64,000 nt of DNA. Origin: a virus (taxonomy: Duplodnaviria > Heunggongvirae > Uroviricota > Caudoviricetes). Numbering within the stretch: the first letter of the stretch is position 1; each line of letters begins with the position of its first letter. Location: the IMG/VR virus record IMGVR_UViG_2029527006_000005. One strand, written 5' to 3'. Positions 60,347 to 64,000 of this stretch are shown here, piece by piece. A program made the translations under genes and the position numbers. Under the pieces are notes generated by a model. The model was given only the letters and a program-made list of their open reading frames with translations. It was not told the DNA's origin and searched no databases.

Positions 60347-63300
60347 TTATTTATGCTTTGTAATTTCCATCATTTCGGCTAATTTCTTGTTCACATTCAT
60401 AATAGCTGTATCTAAACGTTTAATCTGTAACAAACTCTGTCCGTAATAAATCATTTCACCTAACTTGTACTCCGCATCACGTAAACCCATCCACGTAGCA
60501 GCACCATCCGTCAAACGACTATCAATACACATCTGTGTCTGGAATAATGTCTCATCTGGTAGCTCCATAATATCTAAACCATCAGGCAATTGTACTGCAC
60601 TGTTCTCGTACTTAACTTGTGCAAACAAAGGGGTATTACGCATTACGTACTGAATGTAATTACTATCTTCTGTACTTTTAATAACTGAATGTGTTGGAAT
60701 TGGCTTCAATGGGATAATGGGCATGTTACGATTTAAACTAACGTACATTGAATTACCTTTACCAACAGATAAATCTATTTCGTCTGATTTTCCCGTTCCT
60801 GCACTAAAAAAATACTTCTCTTCTTCAAACAATGCCTGTACTTCATTGTAGGTCACTCCACGTGCTCTGTGCTCACGAATCAACCACAACCCAGCAGCAA
60901 TGTGCGGTAAATATTCATTACCGATTATGTACTGATCACGGAACTTCTTACCCTCTTTACTCACTTTTAATTTTAATGACATATTCTTCTAATGCCTCAA
61001 TAATTTCATCGTAAGGAATCACTATAACATTATCCACCGCGATTGTCAATACTCCCGTAAGGATATCACACGTATTAACTAAATCATCGCCCTTCTCAAA
61101 GGTACGCTTGATTTGATCAATACCCATCGAAAAATCACTCAACACCTTATCAGCATCTAATGCCATATCAGGCTCGCAACTCACATTGTGCTGGAATAAC
61201 TCGCATTCTAACGCATCGTAACCATCCTCAAAGGGATTCTCTAAACTGAATACCCTTGGCCTACCCTTCTGTACTACGGCCCCTGCTGACACCATAGCGA
61301 TATCCTGAAGCGATTTATAGGAACTCTGCCACGATAACCAATGACCATCTGTACTGATAATCGGTACTGCATTCTCGAATTTACTATAATGACACGCTCT
61401 GAACTCAGCAATGGGTACAAATAACATACCACTCATTGTCGGTACTTCAATCTGTAATGAAGCAACCCATACATCATTTGTGTGATCAGGGTGGTAATAC
61501 TTCTTCGGTACTCGTATACGAAAACCTTGCGGTACTGAACCTACTACTTTACGATCAATACAACGTGGCATTGCCTCCATTATCTGTACTAACCTTTGTA
61601 ATTTAATACTGTTCAAAGCCTGTGTATCCATTGTATCCATTGAATCCATACTGTTCTCTCATCAATTTGATAATGTTCAATACGCCCTCACAATGGTTCA
61701 ACGGATCTGCACCTAACCACATTTGAATGTTAGGTAACTTCCGTCTACGCCACTCGAACGCAAACATCAAAGCATTAATAACTTCAACCTTCTGTACTAA
61801 ACTCTCTTGGAACAAAAACATCTCCGTATCTGGATCTGTCATGTCCATCATTTCGTACTCAAAATATATATCACTAATGATACTTTTACGGAATATAATT
61901 CTATCACTATCTTTGTTTAATGATATATGACTCGTTACTGTATCATTTAATAATACTACGTTTAACTCTATGTTTGTGGTATAATCCCAATTGTACTTTA
62001 AAACCGTTTTATTAACACACGCTATATGAAAAAACTGCTTTTTATCTTTATAATTATAATTGAAAAAACCACCATCCCTTTCAAAACCTACAACAACATC
62101 ATTCTCAAAATTCCATGACTGTACATTGAATACTTTTTGTTGTATGTCTTTATTCTTCAGGTACTCATTCGTGATACCAATTAATGCCATCGCTTCCTCT
62201 AGGTAATCAATGCATTGACGCACCTCTTGTACTGTTAATATGTTCATAACTTTGGCTCCCCAAGCTGTACGTATAATTCATTGAAGCGTTTATTCTGGTA
62301 ATATTCTATGGTACTCTCCATGCTCTCTATTACACGATCTAATACATTTAAGGACCACACGTGTACAAAAGCAAACCTAGGCATCTTTAATTCATGTAAT
62401 GCGTACATAATACAAAACTCATCGTACAACTTATCATGTATTAAACTCTGCTGAAATAAAAATGATTCCTTATCGTTGAAATCTAATTCATATTTCGTAC
62501 CATCTTCATCATCGATATCCCGCACGAATGCTGTACTATTTGGATTGTAAATTATTACATTGTGCTGATTACCCTTGATAATTTTCTTATCCGAAATGTA
62601 ATTGTAATCCCACATATCCCCCCAAGCGATCTTGTGATCGATAACAGGGTCACTACCCTGATACCACACGCAATCACCCCTATCATGAAAAGCTGATACC
62701 ATCAAAGGACTTCTGCATATTGGTGTATCACATGTGTATGTGTACAACTGCTCCAATAAGGAATCAATCTTGCATATTTTCTGTGCGTACTCTATGTGCC
62801 AATCTTGCATCAACTTCCCCTATGAATTCTGCTGTACTGTTCTGTACATATTCTAAAATCTCTAATAAACCCTGTAATGAATATGCATTAAAACGTAATG
62901 TGAAATTGTGCTTGAACTCATTCTCTTTAAGATACAACCAAAATCCTACATCAATTTCTTGTTCTGTGCTTTGTACTAAACTCTGCTGGAATAGCCATTC
63001 CTCGGTCAAATTCTTACGCTCATGGAATGCATGATGTATACGTATTGTATCACCTGTATCAAACGAAAAACGTAAAGCTACTCCTTTCGCCCTGTGAGGT
63101 TCTCCCATAATGAATGAAACACTATTACACAAGGACTTTGCAAGGACTCTACTCTCTTCATCGGTGGGATGATTGAAATATTCTAATGCACCTCTGCTTA
63201 TTGTAAAACATTTTGGTACTTGCATCTTAATATCATTACGCATAGCTTCGCAATTCTTAATTACAAATAATGTGTACGTATCATATAATGTCTTTAAGGC

Positions 63301-63868
63301 TTCCATCGCCTGTCCGTACTCGTGTCTCTCGATCATAAATCTTCTCCAAATCAGCAAGAAATACATCTACATCAAACCATAAATTCTGATGGAAGGTTCC
63401 CAATATCCCAGCATTATGCATAGCGGATACAACGTACTGACAATGTACAACCTCTGGTTTCGCTACGAATTGCAACTGCTCATACATAGCCTCATCCATC
63501 TCTTCTGTACTAAGGATATCATGAACTGAAAAGGTATTGCAAGAACTTTCGTACAAAAAATCCATCGTGTTTTCAATGTTTACACTACAATACGTACAAT
63601 TCTGTACATCTCTGTAATTAGCAAAATTCGTATCGTCTGTTGTACTAATCAATGTGTATGTATTCAAAAGATTCTTTTTGTTATAATACAACATGTGCTC
63701 AAGGTCACCATCTAAATGTAAACTCATCTCGATTTTTATTGTACCACATGAACTAAAATATGTACCCTTACCATCGTAATTTACAATAAATGCTTTGTAC
63801 TTCTCTAACCATTCAAAGCACTTTAGGATTTTATTTGTGTAATTTGTTGTGTACTCAAATGTGTACAT
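60347..63868 (-). CDS. Six tandem FQxS-family proteins (60347-60982, 60957-61649, 61603-62247, 62244-62813, 62764-63336, 63281-63868)
   Basis: DETLFQTQ, ECELFQHN, EMFLFQES, ESFLFQQS, EEWLFQQS, DEAMYEQL. Confidence 0.75.
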
Positions 63869-63999
63869 AGCACCTCCTGGAACAACGTAATTAACTCTCT
63901 TGGACTGTGTACTAAATTCTCATAATACACCAACTGCCTCTCTTGACTATCCAAAATACTCATGAGAATAATACAATTCACTACATCTTTAGTGTGTAC
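63823..63999 (-). CDS. C-terminal part of a further array member; 5' end outside the window
   Basis: Hand translation ...VHTKDVVNCIILMSILDSQERQLVYYENLVHSPRELITLFQEVLCTHLSTQQITQIKS*. Confidence 0.6.
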   Translation of the reverse strand, partial: VHTKDVVNCIILMSILDSQERQLVYYENLVHSPRELITLFQEVLCTHLSTQQITQIKS

Positions 64000-64000
64000 A

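Noticed and set aside
61622-61649. 9-bp tandem repeat encoding MDSMDTMDT
   Set aside because: Only three imperfect copies in a gene overlap; probably slippage
119-63382. Many short plus-strand ORFs in the track outside 13.6-20.1 kb (e.g. 2415-2816, 3450-3842, 41416-41811) and minus-strand ORFs inside the Ig genes
   Set aside because: Antisense shadows of well-supported genes, with no RBS or motifs
52070-64000. Diversity-generating retroelement or integron cassette array as the source of the paralog array
   Set aside because: No reverse transcriptase, TR/VR pair, integrase or attC-like repeats; genes overlap directly
1-64000. Stop-codon reassignment
   Set aside because: Known enzymes are full length in the standard code and coding density is high

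Overview
AT-rich segment of a large lytic myophage genome, most likely a T4-superfamily jumbo phage of the RaK2/GAP32/121Q/CBB type infecting Gammaproteobacteria (inferred from gene content and sigma70-type promoters, not from a database search). Nearly all genes are on the minus strand; the exception is a plus-strand block of four paralogous Ig-like virion proteins (13.6-20.1 kb). The left part holds an NAD/nucleotide-signal and counter-defence cluster (Lar-like, PIN-PhoH, cyclic-phosphate receiver domain, NUDT16-like Nudix, sirtuin, Acb1-like 2H phosphodiesterase, Ntn protease, NAMPT plus NMNAT-Nudix). The middle holds dCMP deaminase, ClpP, phosphoesterases, DNA ligase, Pth2-like protein, an HNH endonuclease, PNK, RNA ligase 1, an HD hydrolase, a cytidylyltransferase and a Dam-type methylase. 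The right part is mostly an array of about 25 very divergent ~150-250 aa ORFs sharing an E-x-x-[LYMHF]-F-Q-x-S motif. The most unusual signals are not genes: (1) the palindrome AGTACT is strongly over-represented; (2) from about 60.1 kb, next to a GC-rich intergenic element, AGT and AGA almost disappear from the plus strand while GTACT persists in one orientation only; (3) a ~600-nt ORF-free, hairpin-dense region with its own promoter lies at 46.9-47.5 kb. No tRNA, rRNA or CRISPR array was seen. All counts are hand counts.
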